64,000 nucleotides of DNA from an uncultured Acetobacteraceae bacterium. GTDB lineage: Bacteria; Pseudomonadota; Alphaproteobacteria; Acetobacterales; Acetobacteraceae. Each line of letters opens with the position of its first letter. The stretch's first letter is position 1. The stretch is from the NCBI GenBank assembly GCA_964246015.1, contig CAXTPG010000011.1:357-64356 (forward strand), in the 5' to 3' direction. The position numbers and the translations under genes were made by a program. Below are positions 34,567 to 44,555 of this stretch, piece after piece. The notes below the pieces were generated by a model, which saw only the letters and a list, made by a program, of their open reading frames with translations, was not told the DNA's origin and searched no databases.

Positions 34567-35799
34567 CTATCGGGCGACGTGGGCCGGGATAAGGGCGCCG
34601 TCGGGCGTGGGGCCGGGGCGGCCGAAGGTGATCTGTGCGGCCCCGGCGAGCAGGCCGATGGCGACGGCGGATTGCCAGGCGCGGTCATAGGAGCCGAGTC
34701 CGTCGTAGATGAGGCCGCCGGCATAGGCGCCGATGAACGAGCCGACCTGGTGGCTGAAGAACGCGACCCCGGTGAGGGTCGCCATGAAGCGGACGCCGAA
34801 GGTTTCCGCGACCAGGCCGCCGACCAGGGGCACGACGCCGAGCCAGAGCAGGCCCATGGCGGCGGCGAAGGCGAGGGTCGTGGCCGGTGTGACGGGGGCG
34901 ACGAAGAAGGCGGCGATGGCAAGCGATCGGGCGATGTAGATCGCGCCGAGCAGGATGTGCTTCGGGTATCGGCCGCCGAGCCAGCCGAACAGCCATGAGC
35001 CGATGATGTTGCAGCCGCCGATGACCGAAAGGGCCTCGGCCCCCAGCATGGGGTCCATGCCGCACAGGGCGAGGAAGGTGGGGAGGTGGGTGGTGAGGAA
35101 GACGAGCTGCAGGCCGCAGACGAAGTAGGCGGCCGTCATCACCAGGAAGCTGCGGTTGCCGGCGGCGAGGTGCAGGGTGGCGCCGAGGGTGAGGGCGCCG
35201 GGGCCGACGCGCCGTGGGGCACGGTCCGCTCCGCCGGCCATGAAGGCGGCGGGGACCATGACGAGGCTGAGCACGACGAAGCACAGCAGGGCGGTGCGCC
35301 AGCCGTAGCCGCCGCCGATGGTCTGCACGAGCGGGGCGATGAACAGCGTACCGGCGGACCCGGCCGCGGAGACGATGCCGAGGACGAGGCTGCGCCGTGT
35401 GTCCGGAACGGCGCGTGCGGCGGCGCTCATCGCCATGGCGGAGGCGGTGCACGAAAGGCCGACGCCGATCATGAGGCCGAGGCCGATGGTGATGGCCAGC
35501 GGGCCCTGGGCGGTCGCGGCGATCCCGACGCCCGCGGCGAAGCAAAGGGCGCCGAGGATGGCGATGGGGCGGATGCCCCAGCGGTCGGCGGCGGCGCCGA
35601 TGAAGGGTTGGGTGACGCCCCAGACGATGTTCTGGAGCGCGACGGCAAAGGTGAAGTCGGCGGCGAGGAGGCCGAGGTCCTTCGTGATGGGACCGAGCAG
35701 GAGCCCGAGGGTCTGCCGCATGCCCATGCCGAGGCTGAGCATGAGCGACGCGCCGATGAGGATGGGAATGGCGCGGGGGGCGGGGCGGATCGCGTTCAT
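34567..35799 (-). CDS. MFS transporter
   Basis: 410 aa with 12 predicted hydrophobic segments. AADRWGIRP motif after TM2. Confidence 0.85.
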   Translation of the reverse strand: MNAIRPAPRAIPILIGASLMLSLGMGMRQTLGLLLGPITKDLGLLAADFTFAVALQNIVWGVTQPFIGAAADRWGIRPIAILGALCFAAGVGIAATAQGPLAITIGLGLMIGVGLSCTASAMAMSAAARAVPDTRRSLVLGIVSAAGSAGTLFIAPLVQTIGGGYGWRTALLCFVVLSLVMVPAAFMAGGADRAPRRVGPGALTLGATLHLAAGNRSFLVMTAAYFVCGLQLVFLTTHLPTFLALCGMDPMLGAEALSVIGGCNIIGSWLFGWLGGRYPKHILLGAIYIARSLAIAAFFVAPVTPATTLAFAAAMGLLWLGVVPLVGGLVAETFGVRFMATLTGVAFFSHQVGSFIGAYAGGLIYDGLGSYDRAWQSAVAIGLLAGAAQITFGRPGPTPDGALIPAHVAR

Positions 35800-35864
35800 G
35801 GGTGCAGCGTGCGCCGGGGTGGGAATGACGTCCAGTCCGTGACGGCCCAGGCGTCAGGCCCGTC

Positions 35865-36164
35865 CTACCTGCGGTAGCCGCGGCGGTAGTAGCCGCGGTC
35901 GCGTCCGCCGTCGCTGCTGGCGGCGATCGCGGCGATGCCGCCGATCAGGGCGGCGCCGACACCCACGGCCACGGCGGCGTTGGTGTTCGACTGCTGTTCG
36001 TAGGCGACCTGCTGCTGCGCCTGCGGCACCTGGGCGCAGGCGTACTGGTCGCCGGCGTAGCAGGCCTGCATGAGGGCGTTCAGCCAGCCCTGCGATTGCG
36101 AGGACGCAGCACAGCCGCCCAGCAGCGTGGCGCTGGCGGTGAGTACGAGCATGAGCTTGCGCAT
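35865..36164 (-). CDS. Small lipoprotein with a C-terminal glycine-zipper segment
   Basis: 99-aa internal ORF (ATG 36164-36162). Lipobox LLGGC, a Gln-rich middle, and AVAVGVGAALIGGIAAIAA followed by RGYYRRGYRR. Confidence 0.6.
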   Translation of the reverse strand: MRKLMLVLTASATLLGGCAASSQSQGWLNALMQACYAGDQYACAQVPQAQQQVAYEQQSNTNAAVAVGVGAALIGGIAAIAASSDGGRDRGYYRRGYRR

Positions 36165-36375
36165 GGGCCGGGACCTCGGGACGGGGCGGGTGGATCGCCG
36201 CCTGACGATAACTGTCCGGTACGAGTGTGGCGGGGTCAAGGCGGGACTAACCCGAAAGGCTGCGACGGCGTGCCCGCAAACCCGCTTGCGCCCACCCGGC
36301 CCCCCGCCGAAGATGCCGGGACCGGCCGCCAGAGCCGGAACGAGGAAACCCCGTCGTGCAGCGCCCGAGCGCCCC

Positions 36376-37368
36376 ATGCTGACCTACCTCATGCGGCGGT
36401 TCCTCATCGCCGTGCTCACCTGCCTCGTGATCTCGCTCGCCACCTTCATCATCGTCCGCCTGCCCCCCGGCGACTTCGTCGATAGCTACATCGCCAACCT
36501 CGCCAGCTCCGGCAGCACCGTGTCGATCGAGCAGGCCCAGGCCCTCCGCCGCGACCTCGGTCTCGATCGCCCGGTGCTCGTCCAGTACGGCCTGTGGATG
36601 ATCAACGTCGTCCAGGGCAATTTCGGCGTCTCGATGCTGTTCAAGCGCCCGGTGGCCGAAGTCATCGGGGACCGCCTCTGGCTCACCGTGGCGGTCTCCG
36701 TCTCCGCCCTCATCCTCACCTGGGCCCTCGCCTTGCCCATCGGCATCTACTCCGCCGTCCGCCAATACTCCTGGGGCGACTACGCCGCGACCACGCTGGG
36801 GTTCATCGGCCTTGCCGTGCCCAACTTCCTCCTCGCCCTCATCCTCATGTGGCTCGGCTTCCGCTACCTGGGCATGAGCGTCGGGGGGCTGTTCTCCCCC
36901 GAATACACGCAGGCCCCCTGGGACGCGGCCCGGTTCTGGGACCTCGCCAAGCACCTCCCCCTCCCCGCCTGCGTCCTCGCCTTCGCCGGCACCGCCCAGC
37001 TCATCCGCATCATGCGCGCAAACCTGCTGGACGAGCTGCGCCGCCCCTACGTCGTCACCGCCCGCGCCAAGGGCCTCTCCGAAACCCGCCTGGTGCTCAA
37101 ATACCCGGTCCGCGCCGCGCTCAACCCCTTCGCCAGCTCCATGGCCTACATCTTCCCGTCCCTGGTGTCCGGCAGCATCATCGTCTCCCTCGTCCTCGGC
37201 CTGCCCACCGTCGGCCCGCTGCTGCTGCAGGCCCTTCTGGCCCAGGACATGTACCTCGCCGGCACCATCGTCCTGCTGCTCGGCGTGCTCACCGTCGCCG
37301 GCACCCTCGTCTCCGACCTCGTCCTCATGTGGGTGGAACCCCGGCTCCGCCTCGGCGGCCGGGCATGA
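36376..37368 (+). CDS. ABC transporter permease (DppB/OppB type)
   Basis: Internal ATG at 36376, beginning MLTYLMRRFLIAVLTCLVISLATFIIVRLPPGD, the canonical family start. Contains RAKGLSE in the EAA loop. Confidence 0.9.
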   Translation: MLTYLMRRFLIAVLTCLVISLATFIIVRLPPGDFVDSYIANLASSGSTVSIEQAQALRRDLGLDRPVLVQYGLWMINVVQGNFGVSMLFKRPVAEVIGDRLWLTVAVSVSALILTWALALPIGIYSAVRQYSWGDYAATTLGFIGLAVPNFLLALILMWLGFRYLGMSVGGLFSPEYTQAPWDAARFWDLAKHLPLPACVLAFAGTAQLIRIMRANLLDELRRPYVVTARAKGLSETRLVLKYPVRAALNPFASSMAYIFPSLVSGSIIVSLVLGLPTVGPLLLQALLAQDMYLAGTIVLLLGVLTVAGTLVSDLVLMWVEPRLRLGGRA

Positions 37369-38474
37369 GCGCCGCCGCCATCGCGGCCGACGACCGTTTC
37401 GCCCAGGCCACGCAGCTCCAGCTCACCTGGTGGCGCTTCCGCCGCCACAAGCTCGCCGTCGCCAGCATGATCCTCATCATCCTCTTCTACCTCGTCGCCG
37501 TCTTCGCCGACTTCCTCGCCGTCGCGGACCCCCAGGCCACCGACGCCCGCCGCAGCTACATCCCGCCCCAGCCCATCAACATCATGGCCGAAGGCGCCCC
37601 CTTCCTCTCCGTCCCCGGCCTGAAAGGCGTCCGCGACCCCCGGACCTTCAAACTCGCCTACACCCCCGACCCGGCCCGCAAGCTCCGCGTCACCCTCTTC
37701 GCCCCCGGCTACGAATACCGCCTCCTCGGCCTCATCCCCGCCAACATCCACCTGCTGGGCGTCGAGGGCGGCGGACCCGCCGACGGCATCTTCCTCCTCG
37801 GCACCGACCAGCTCGGCCGCGACCTCTACTCCCGACTCGTCGTCGCCACCCGGACCTCGCTCTCCATCGGCCTCGCCGGCGTCGCCCTCAGCCTCACCCT
37901 CGGCATCCTCCTCGGCGGCCTCTCCGGCCTCTACGGCGGCGTCGTCGACACGGTCATCCAGCGCATCATCGAGGTCATCCGCTCCATCCCAACCATCCCC
38001 CTCTGGATGGCGCTGGCCGCCGCCCTCCCCAACACATGGAGCGTCACGCAGGTCTACCTCGCCATCACCATCATCATCTCCCTCATCGGCTGGACCGACC
38101 TCGCCCGCGTCGTGCGCGGCCGCTTCCTGGCGCTGCGCGAAGAGGACTTCGTCATCGCCGCCGAACTCGCCGGCGCCAGCCGCATGCGCATCATCCTGCG
38201 CCACATGCTCCCGTCCTTCGCCAGCCACGTCATCGCCGCCACCAGCCTCGCACTGCCCACCATGATCGTCAGCGAAACCTCGTTGAGCTTCCTCGGCCTC
38301 GGCCTCCGCCCCCCCGCGATAAGCTGGGGCATCCTGTTGCAGGACGCGCAGAACGTGCAGGTCCTGGCCGGCGCGCCCTGGCTGCTGCTGGCCGCCATCC
38401 CCGTCGTCTTCGTCATCCTCGCCTTCAACTTCCTCGGCGACGGCCTCCGCGACGCGGCCGACCCCTATGGCTGA
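37365..38474 (+). CDS. ABC transporter permease (DppC/OppC type with a long N-terminal periplasmic loop)
   Basis: Internal ATG at 37365 (ATGA overlap). LGTDQLGRDLYSRL motif, and the A.GAS...I..H..P loop. Confidence 0.9.
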   Translation: MSAAAIAADDRFAQATQLQLTWWRFRRHKLAVASMILIILFYLVAVFADFLAVADPQATDARRSYIPPQPINIMAEGAPFLSVPGLKGVRDPRTFKLAYTPDPARKLRVTLFAPGYEYRLLGLIPANIHLLGVEGGGPADGIFLLGTDQLGRDLYSRLVVATRTSLSIGLAGVALSLTLGILLGGLSGLYGGVVDTVIQRIIEVIRSIPTIPLWMALAAALPNTWSVTQVYLAITIIISLIGWTDLARVVRGRFLALREEDFVIAAELAGASRMRIILRHMLPSFASHVIAATSLALPTMIVSETSLSFLGLGLRPPAISWGILLQDAQNVQVLAGAPWLLLAAIPVVFVILAFNFLGDGLRDAADPYG

Positions 38475-39465
38475 CACCATCCTGTCCATCCGCGCCCTGC
38501 ACGTCGAGTTCGGCGCCGCCCACTACACCGTTCAGGCGCTGGACGGCATCAGCCTCGACCTGCGCCGCGGCCGCGTCCTGGGCGTCGTCGGCGAAAGCGG
38601 CTGCGGCAAGAGCGTCACCGCCCGCGCAGCCCTCCGCATCCTCGACCATCCCGGCCGCATCGTGTCCGGCCAGGTCATCCTCGACCCCGGCACCCCCGAA
38701 GCGACCGACCTCGCCGCCCTCCCGCAATCCAGCCCCCGGCTGCGACAAATCCGCGGCGGCCGCATCGGCCTCATCTTCCAGGAGCCGATGACCGCCCTCA
38801 GCGCCCACTACACCGTCGGCAACCAGATCATCGAGGCCATCCGCGTCCACACCCCCCTCTCCCGTGCCGCGGCCCGCGCCCGCGCCATCGAACTCCTGAA
38901 CGACGTCGGCATCCCCCGCCCCGAAACCCGCATCGACGCCTATCCCTTCCAGCTCAGCGGCGGCCTGCGCCAACGCGTCGGCATCGCCCTCGCCCTCGCC
39001 GGCGACCCCGACATCCTCATCGCCGACGAACCCACCACCGCACTCGACGTCACCACCCAGGCGCAGATCCTCGCCCTCCTGCGCCGCCTCCAGCGCGACA
39101 AGGGCATCGCCCTCATGCTCATCACCCACGACATGGGCGTCATCGCGGAGATGGCCGACGACGTCGCCGTCATGTACCTGGGCCGCGTGGTCGAATCCGC
39201 GCCCGTCCACACCCTGTTCGCAGCACCCCGCCACCCCTACACCCGCGCCCTGCTGCGCTCCGTCCCCAGCATCCTCGCCGCCCCCCGCCAGCGCCTCGCC
39301 ACCATCGGCGGCGCCGTGCCCCACCCCGCCGCCCGCCCGTCCGGCTGCGCGTTCCACCCCCGCTGCCCCGACGCCCTCCCGGGTCTCTGCACCTCGGCGC
39401 CCCCCACCCCCCTCCCGGGCGGCACCGAAGGCGCAAGCTGCTTCCGCCTTCCGGAACTCGCATGA
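38467..39465 (+). CDS. ABC transporter ATP-binding protein (DppD/OppD type)
   Basis: 332 aa. Walker A GESGCGKS, signature LSGGLRQRV, Walker [12 protein letters not shown], and the oligopeptide C-terminal Cys/His domain (GCAFHPRCP). Confidence 0.9.
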   Translation: MADTILSIRALHVEFGAAHYTVQALDGISLDLRRGRVLGVVGESGCGKSVTARAALRILDHPGRIVSGQVILDPGTPEATDLAALPQSSPRLRQIRGGRIGLIFQEPMTALSAHYTVGNQIIEAIRVHTPLSRAAARARAIELLNDVGIPRPETRIDAYPFQLSGGLRQRVGIALALAGDPDILIADEPTTALDVTTQAQILALLRRLQRDKGIALMLITHDMGVIAEMADDVAVMYLGRVVESAPVHTLFAAPRHPYTRALLRSVPSILAAPRQRLATIGGAVPHPAARPSGCAFHPRCPDALPGLCTSAPPTPLPGGTEGASCFRLPELA

Positions 39466-40469
39466 CCGAACTCGTCCTGGAGGTCACCGACCTCCGCAAG
39501 CACTACCCCGTCCACGCCGGCCTGCTCCGGCGCGAGGTCGGCCGGGTCCGCGCCGTCGACGGCATCAGCTTCGCCATCGCCCGCGGCGAGACCCTGGCCC
39601 TCGTCGGCGAAAGCGGCTGCGGCAAGACCACCGCCGCCCGCTGCATCGTCCGCGCCCTGAAGCCCAGCGGCGGCGCCATCCGCTTCACCCCCGAAGCAGG
39701 CAGCCCCGCGATAGACCTCGCCACCCTCTCCCGCGCCGGCCTCCGCCCCATGCGCCGCCTGGTCCAGATGATCTTCCAGGACCCCTACGCCTCCCTCAAC
39801 CCGCGCATGATGGTCGGCGACATCATCGCCGAGCCCCTCCTGATCGACGGGATGAAGGCGCCCGACCGACGCCGCCGGGTCCTGGAACTGCTGGACCTCG
39901 TCGGCCTGCCTGCCGCGGCCCGCACCCGCTTCCCCCACGCCTTCAGCGGCGGCCAGCGCCAGCGCATCGGCATCGCCCGTGCCCTGGCGCTCGACCCGCG
40001 GCTGATCGTCGCCGACGAACCCGTCTCCGCCCTCGATGTCTCCGTCCAGGCGCAGATCGTGAACCTCCTGCTCGACCTGCAGGACCGCCTGGGCCTCTCG
40101 ATGCTGTTCGTCGCCCACGACCTCAGCGTCGTCAGGCACATCAGCGACCGTGTCGCCGTCATGTATCTCGGCCGCATCGTGGAGCTCGCCCCCACGACGG
40201 ACCTCTACACGGCGCCCCGCCACCCCTACACCGAAACCCTGCTGGCCGCTGTCCCGAAACCCGACCCGGCCCTGCGCCAGGACCGCCCCGTCCCCACCGG
40301 AGAGATCGCCGACCCCGCGCATCCGCCCCCCGGCTGCGCCTTCCACCCCCGCTGCCCCTACGTGGAACCCCGCTGCCGAACCACCGCGCCATCCCTCATT
40401 GAAACCGCCCCGGGCCGCTGGTCCGCGTGCCACCGCGCCCAGGACCTGGCCCTGGCGGGGGTGACGTGA
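39462..40469 (+). CDS. ABC transporter ATP-binding protein (DppF/OppF type)
   Basis: 335 aa. Motifs [29 protein letters not shown] and [13 protein letters not shown] overlap with the upstream gene. Confidence 0.9.
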   Translation: MTELVLEVTDLRKHYPVHAGLLRREVGRVRAVDGISFAIARGETLALVGESGCGKTTAARCIVRALKPSGGAIRFTPEAGSPAIDLATLSRAGLRPMRRLVQMIFQDPYASLNPRMMVGDIIAEPLLIDGMKAPDRRRRVLELLDLVGLPAAARTRFPHAFSGGQRQRIGIARALALDPRLIVADEPVSALDVSVQAQIVNLLLDLQDRLGLSMLFVAHDLSVVRHISDRVAVMYLGRIVELAPTTDLYTAPRHPYTETLLAAVPKPDPALRQDRPVPTGEIADPAHPPPGCAFHPRCPYVEPRCRTTAPSLIETAPGRWSACHRAQDLALAGVT

Positions 40470-40473
40470 CCCC

Positions 40474-40731
40474 CTACCGCCGAACCTGAGCGATCAACGC
40501 ATCGTACGCCGAACAAACCCCGTCGTAGCCGCCCGCCGCCGGCATCCCCCGCATCGCCGCCCGCATCCGCTCCGCCGTCGCCCGCCGCACCTTCGCGGGC
40601 TGCTGCATCTGCCCCGCCAGCAGCTCCGTCAGCGTCCCCACCTTCGTCATCAACGCCTCGGGCGAACACCCCTCCGCCCGGGCCGGTACGGCCGCCAGCA
40701 CCAGCATCGCCGCCACCATCACGCGGCCCAT
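40474..40731 (-). CDS. Small exported protein (85 aa), function unknown
   Basis: Internal ORF starting MGRVMVAAMLVLAAVPARAEG (Sec-type signal). The start shares 1 nt with the stop of the upstream glucosidase gene (TGATG). The rest of listed ORF 40474..42498 is a shadow. Confidence 0.55.
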   Translation of the reverse strand: MGRVMVAAMLVLAAVPARAEGCSPEALMTKVGTLTELLAGQMQQPAKVRRATAERMRAAMRGMPAAGGYDGVCSAYDALIAQVRR

Positions 40732-42962
40732 CACGCTGCCCGCCCCAGCGCGGTCCGCACCACCACGCCTGCGTCGCCGCGCAGCACCTCGTGCCGGGTC
40801 ACGCCGCCCTCGCGCCAGAACCGCAGATCCAGCCGCCGCTGCCCCAGCCGCAGCCCTTGCAGGGTCACGTCCGGCAGCCATGGCGGCAGCACCGGATCGA
40901 TCTCCAGCACCCCCCGCGGGGCATCCGGCCGCAACCCCAGCATCGCGTGCAGCGTCATGAACACCGACCCGGCCGCCCAGGCCTGCGGCACGTTCGCCCC
41001 CACATACTGCACCGGGAACCCCGTCGACGTCCGTGGCAGCCCGGCATACAGCTCCGGCATCTGGTTCAGGTTGAAATGGCTCGCCGCGGCACTCAGGTCG
41101 CGCGCCACCCGCCCCGCCTCCGCCGCGAACCCGTACCGCCGGAACCCCAGCGCGATGATCGCATTGTCGTGCGGCCACACCGACCCGTTCTGGTACGAGT
41201 ACGGGTTGTAGGACGCATGATCGGCCGAAAGCGTCCGGATGCCCCAGCCCGACCACATGTCCGGCGCCATCAGCCGCTGCACCACCCGCGCCGCCCGGTC
41301 CGGCCGCACGATTCCCGACCACAGGCAGTGCCCCACGTTCGAGGCGACGGTCCACACCGGCCGCTTCTCCCCATCCAGGCAATACGCATAGAATCCGCCC
41401 TGCTCGTCCCAGAAGGCGTCGTTGAACCGCTCGAACAGCACCCGGGCCTTTTCCCGCAGCAGCGTCGCCCGGTTGGGCCGCCCCAGCGCCTCGAACACCT
41501 CCGCCATCCGAACCCACGCGTCGTAGACATAGCCCTGCAGCTCGCACAACGCCTTGGGGCCGCGCACCAGCGTGCCGTCCAGATACGGCACGCTGTCCCC
41601 CGCATCCTTCCACGCCGTGTTCTCGTACCCCAGCGACGACCGGGTCTGGTACTCCTGGAACCCGTCCCCGTCCCGGTCCCCCCATTCGTCGATCCAGGTC
41701 AGGCACCGTTCCGCGACCTCCATGTGCCGCTCCAGCAGCGCCAGGTCGCCCGTCCAGCGCCACGCCTCGTGCAGCGTGATCAGGTACAGCGGCGTCGCAT
41801 CCGCCGTCCCGTAGTACGGCGTGTGCGGGATCAGCTTGAAATGCGCCAGTTCCCCGAACCGCATCTCGTGCAGGATCTTGCCGGGTTCCGCATCCCGGTA
41901 ATCGTCCCGCACCCGCGCCTGCGCCTCCCCCAGCACGTCCAGCGTCGCCGCCGCGAACTCGGGATACACCACCATGCTCTGCAACGACGCGATCAGGCTG
42001 TCCCGGCCGAACAGCGCCGTGAACCACGGCAGCCCGGCCGCCGGCACGAACGACATCGCGTCGCCCTTCCCGTGCGGCAACCGCAGCGCCGCCATGTCGT
42101 CGACGGCCTGGCGGAACGTCCGGTAGAACTCCTCGTTCGACGTCCGGATCGACATCACGCCCGACTTCCACTGCTCCAGCGCCGTCACCGACGCGCGCAC
42201 CGGCGCATCGTGCTCGCACTCCGCCGGTGCCTCGTGCACCCGCGCCGCGTCCAGCAGGTCGTACAGCAGGCACATGTGCCAATGCGCCCCCGGCGCCAGC
42301 GCCACCGCGAAGCTCAGCCGTCCGTTGGCGTATCCCATCACCCCGTCGCCGTGCGGCCGCACCCGCACGCCGCGCCGGAAGTCCTGGTTCTCGTACGAGG
42401 TCTCCAGCACCTGGTCCTCGGCCGACCACCGCGTCGCGACCCGCCCCCGCCGCGCCGCGTTGCCCGACTTCACCTCGAACACGTCCGCGAAGTCGCACCG
42501 GATCCCGATCTCGAGGTTGAACGCCACCGCCTTCGCGCCGTGATTGGTGATGTCGATGTCCTCGTGCAGCCCCCCCTGGATCGACCGCCCCAGCACCAGC
42601 CCCAGCGTCCGCTCCGCGATCGGGCCGCCGGGGGTCGTCAGCCGCTTGTTGGTCAGGTGGATGCGCAGCGTATCATGGCTCGTCGCACCCCCGCTCAGCA
42701 GGTCCCACGGCACCCCGTCCGCATACAGGGACCAGCTGCTGATCAGCCGCGTGTCGTTGAAGTAGAACCCCTTTTCGCTGGGATACCGAACCGTGCCGTC
42801 GGTCTCGCACACCAGGACCGTGCGCCCCTGGTGGATCGCGATCTGTGCCGGCCCGACCTGAACCTTGAATGCCACCGCGCGACGCTCCCCGCCTGCGCCG
42901 CGCTCGTTGGCGCGGCGTGTTTCGCCCGCCGCACCCTCGAACCTCCCGCCCGGCTTGGCCAA
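40731..42962 (-). CDS. Amylo-alpha-1,6-glucosidase / glycogen-debranching-enzyme-like protein (bacterial/archaeal GDE type)
   Basis: 743 aa. N-terminal GDE_N-like block (TDG.V....KGFYFNDTR.IS). C-terminal (alpha/alpha)6 blocks: GLPWF.ALFGRDSLI, PGKILHE, Y.G.ADATPL, W.D....G..V.GP.ALCE.QGYVY, SNVGH.LW.GI, GIRTLS....YNP.SYQNGSVWPHDN. The true start may lie a few codons downstream. Confidence 0.85.
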   Translation of the reverse strand: MAKPGGRFEGAAGETRRANERGAGGERRAVAFKVQVGPAQIAIHQGRTVLVCETDGTVRYPSEKGFYFNDTRLISSWSLYADGVPWDLLSGGATSHDTLRIHLTNKRLTTPGGPIAERTLGLVLGRSIQGGLHEDIDITNHGAKAVAFNLEIGIRCDFADVFEVKSGNAARRGRVATRWSAEDQVLETSYENQDFRRGVRVRPHGDGVMGYANGRLSFAVALAPGAHWHMCLLYDLLDAARVHEAPAECEHDAPVRASVTALEQWKSGVMSIRTSNEEFYRTFRQAVDDMAALRLPHGKGDAMSFVPAAGLPWFTALFGRDSLIASLQSMVVYPEFAAATLDVLGEAQARVRDDYRDAEPGKILHEMRFGELAHFKLIPHTPYYGTADATPLYLITLHEAWRWTGDLALLERHMEVAERCLTWIDEWGDRDGDGFQEYQTRSSLGYENTAWKDAGDSVPYLDGTLVRGPKALCELQGYVYDAWVRMAEVFEALGRPNRATLLREKARVLFERFNDAFWDEQGGFYAYCLDGEKRPVWTVASNVGHCLWSGIVRPDRAARVVQRLMAPDMWSGWGIRTLSADHASYNPYSYQNGSVWPHDNAIIALGFRRYGFAAEAGRVARDLSAAASHFNLNQMPELYAGLPRTSTGFPVQYVGANVPQAWAAGSVFMTLHAMLGLRPDAPRGVLEIDPVLPPWLPDVTLQGLRLGQRRLDLRFWREGGVTRHEVLRGDAGVVVRTALGRAA

Positions 42963-42992
42963 TGCCCGATGGGAATGACGTCGATGCCCGCC

Positions 42993-44555
42993 CTACTGCC
43001 CCCCCGCCCGAACGTCGTTCGCGAAGGTGTTCTGGTCCCCTCGCGCCACCATCGACAACCCCCGCCGCACCCCCCACGACGCCTTCATGTGGAACACCGG
43101 GATCACCGCCACATCATCCACCGCCAGCCGCACGGCGCCCCGCACCCGGTCCTCCTGTACGGCCGGGTCGAACGTCCCCGCCGCCTCCACCAGCGCCGCG
43201 TCCAGCGCCGCATTCGAATACCGACCGCGATTGGACCCGCCCAGGCCCAGCGCCGGGTCGACGCTCCGCACGACGGAGTTCATCGTCTCGATCCCCACCC
43301 CCACCAGGTTGCTGAAGATCGACATCTGCGCGGAGAACTCGGGCTCCGCCGACGCCGTCCCCGCCCGCCGGAAGAACACGGCGGCCGGCAGCGTGTCGAC
43401 GGCCGTCCTGATCCCCACCGCCCCCAGCATCTGCGCCACCGTCTGGCACACCTTCGCGTCGCCCACATACCGGTCGTTGGTGCAGGCGACCGTCAGGCCG
43501 AACCCCTGTGGCCACCCCGCCTCCGCCAGCAGCCGCCGCGCCTGCGCCAGGTCCGCGGCCGGTGGCACGACACCCGGCGCGTGCCCCACGAACCCCGGCG
43601 GCATGAACTGCCCGGCCGGCTCCGCCCCATCCTCCATCGCGCCGCGCGCGATCGACACGCGGTTCAGCGCAAGGCTCATCGCCCGCCGCACCCGCACGTC
43701 CTTCATCGGGTTCATCCCCAGCCGCTTGCCGTCCGGCCCCGTCACGAACGGGCTGTCGTCCCTGAACTGGTCGATCGAGAGATACAGCGTGAAGCTCGAC
43801 AGCGTCGTCACCAGCGTCGTCCGCGCATCCGTCGACACCCGCTCGAACAGGTTCGGCGGCACCGTGTCGATCACGTCGACATCCCCCGCCAGCAGCCCCG
43901 CCACGCGGGCGCTGTCGTTCGGCACGAACCGGTACTCCACCCGCGCCCAGGGTGCGGCGCCGCCCCACCACCGTCCATTCCGCTCCAGCACCACCGACTG
44001 GCCCGGCAGGTACTTCACCCAGCGATACGGCCCGGTCCCCACCGCCGCCCGCCCGCCGTTCCAGTCCTCGGCGGTCGCATCCCTGGCCGCCCGGGCCGAC
44101 ACGATCCCGAACGCCGTGAGGTTCACCGGCAACCCCGCCGCCGGCGCCGCCGTCCGCAGCACGACCGTCAGCGGGTCCGGAGCCTCCATCGCCACGATGT
44201 CTCGCGTGTAGATCCGATAGGTCCGCACCCCCTCGCTCGCCTGGATGCGCTTGATGGTGAAGATCACGTCCTCCGCCGTGAACGGGGATCCGTCCGAAAA
44301 CACGACCCCCGGCCGCAGCTTCAGCTCCCACGTCAGCGGATCGACGCTCCGCCATGACAGCGCCAGCCCCGGCTTGATCCGCGACCGCTCATCCTGCCCC
44401 ACCAGCGCCTCGTACACCTGCAGGTGCACGTTGCGGTTGGGGGTGTAGAGCTGCGCCGGGTCGGCGTTGTCGACGGCCGCCTTCAGCGCGATCCGCAGCT
44501 CCTGCCCCCATGCCGGTCCCGCCAGCAGCAGCAGGACGGTGGCCAGCGCCCTCAA
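42993..44555 (-). CDS. ABC transporter substrate-binding protein, family 5
   Basis: No in-frame ATG precedes the signal peptide. I propose TTG at 44555-44553, with ggagg 7-11 nt upstream, which gives MRALATVLLLLAGPAWGQELRIAL. The TTG overlaps the stop of the upstream monooxygenase (TTGA). Confidence 0.8.
   Translation of the reverse strand: MRALATVLLLLAGPAWGQELRIALKAAVDNADPAQLYTPNRNVHLQVYEALVGQDERSRIKPGLALSWRSVDPLTWELKLRPGVVFSDGSPFTAEDVIFTIKRIQASEGVRTYRIYTRDIVAMEAPDPLTVVLRTAAPAAGLPVNLTAFGIVSARAARDATAEDWNGGRAAVGTGPYRWVKYLPGQSVVLERNGRWWGGAAPWARVEYRFVPNDSARVAGLLAGDVDVIDTVPPNLFERVSTDARTTLVTTLSSFTLYLSIDQFRDDSPFVTGPDGKRLGMNPMKDVRVRRAMSLALNRVSIARGAMEDGAEPAGQFMPPGFVGHAPGVVPPAADLAQARRLLAEAGWPQGFGLTVACTNDRYVGDAKVCQTVAQMLGAVGIRTAVDTLPAAVFFRRAGTASAEPEFSAQMSIFSNLVGVGIETMNSVVRSVDPALGLGGSNRGRYSNAALDAALVEAAGTFDPAVQEDRVRGAVRLAVDDVAVIPVFHMKASWGVRRGLSMVARGDQNTFANDVRAGGQ

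Noticed and set aside
36165-36375. The 211-bp gap upstream of the Dpp-type permease genes as a possible small RNA or leader element.
   Set aside because: I saw no convincing hairpin/U-tract or conserved motif. It is most simply a divergent promoter region between the lipoprotein gene and the ABC operon.
40791-44357. 1188-aa plus-strand ORF across the glucosidase and SBP genes.
   Set aside because: It is a Pro/Arg/His-rich, motif-free antisense shadow of two well-supported minus-strand genes.
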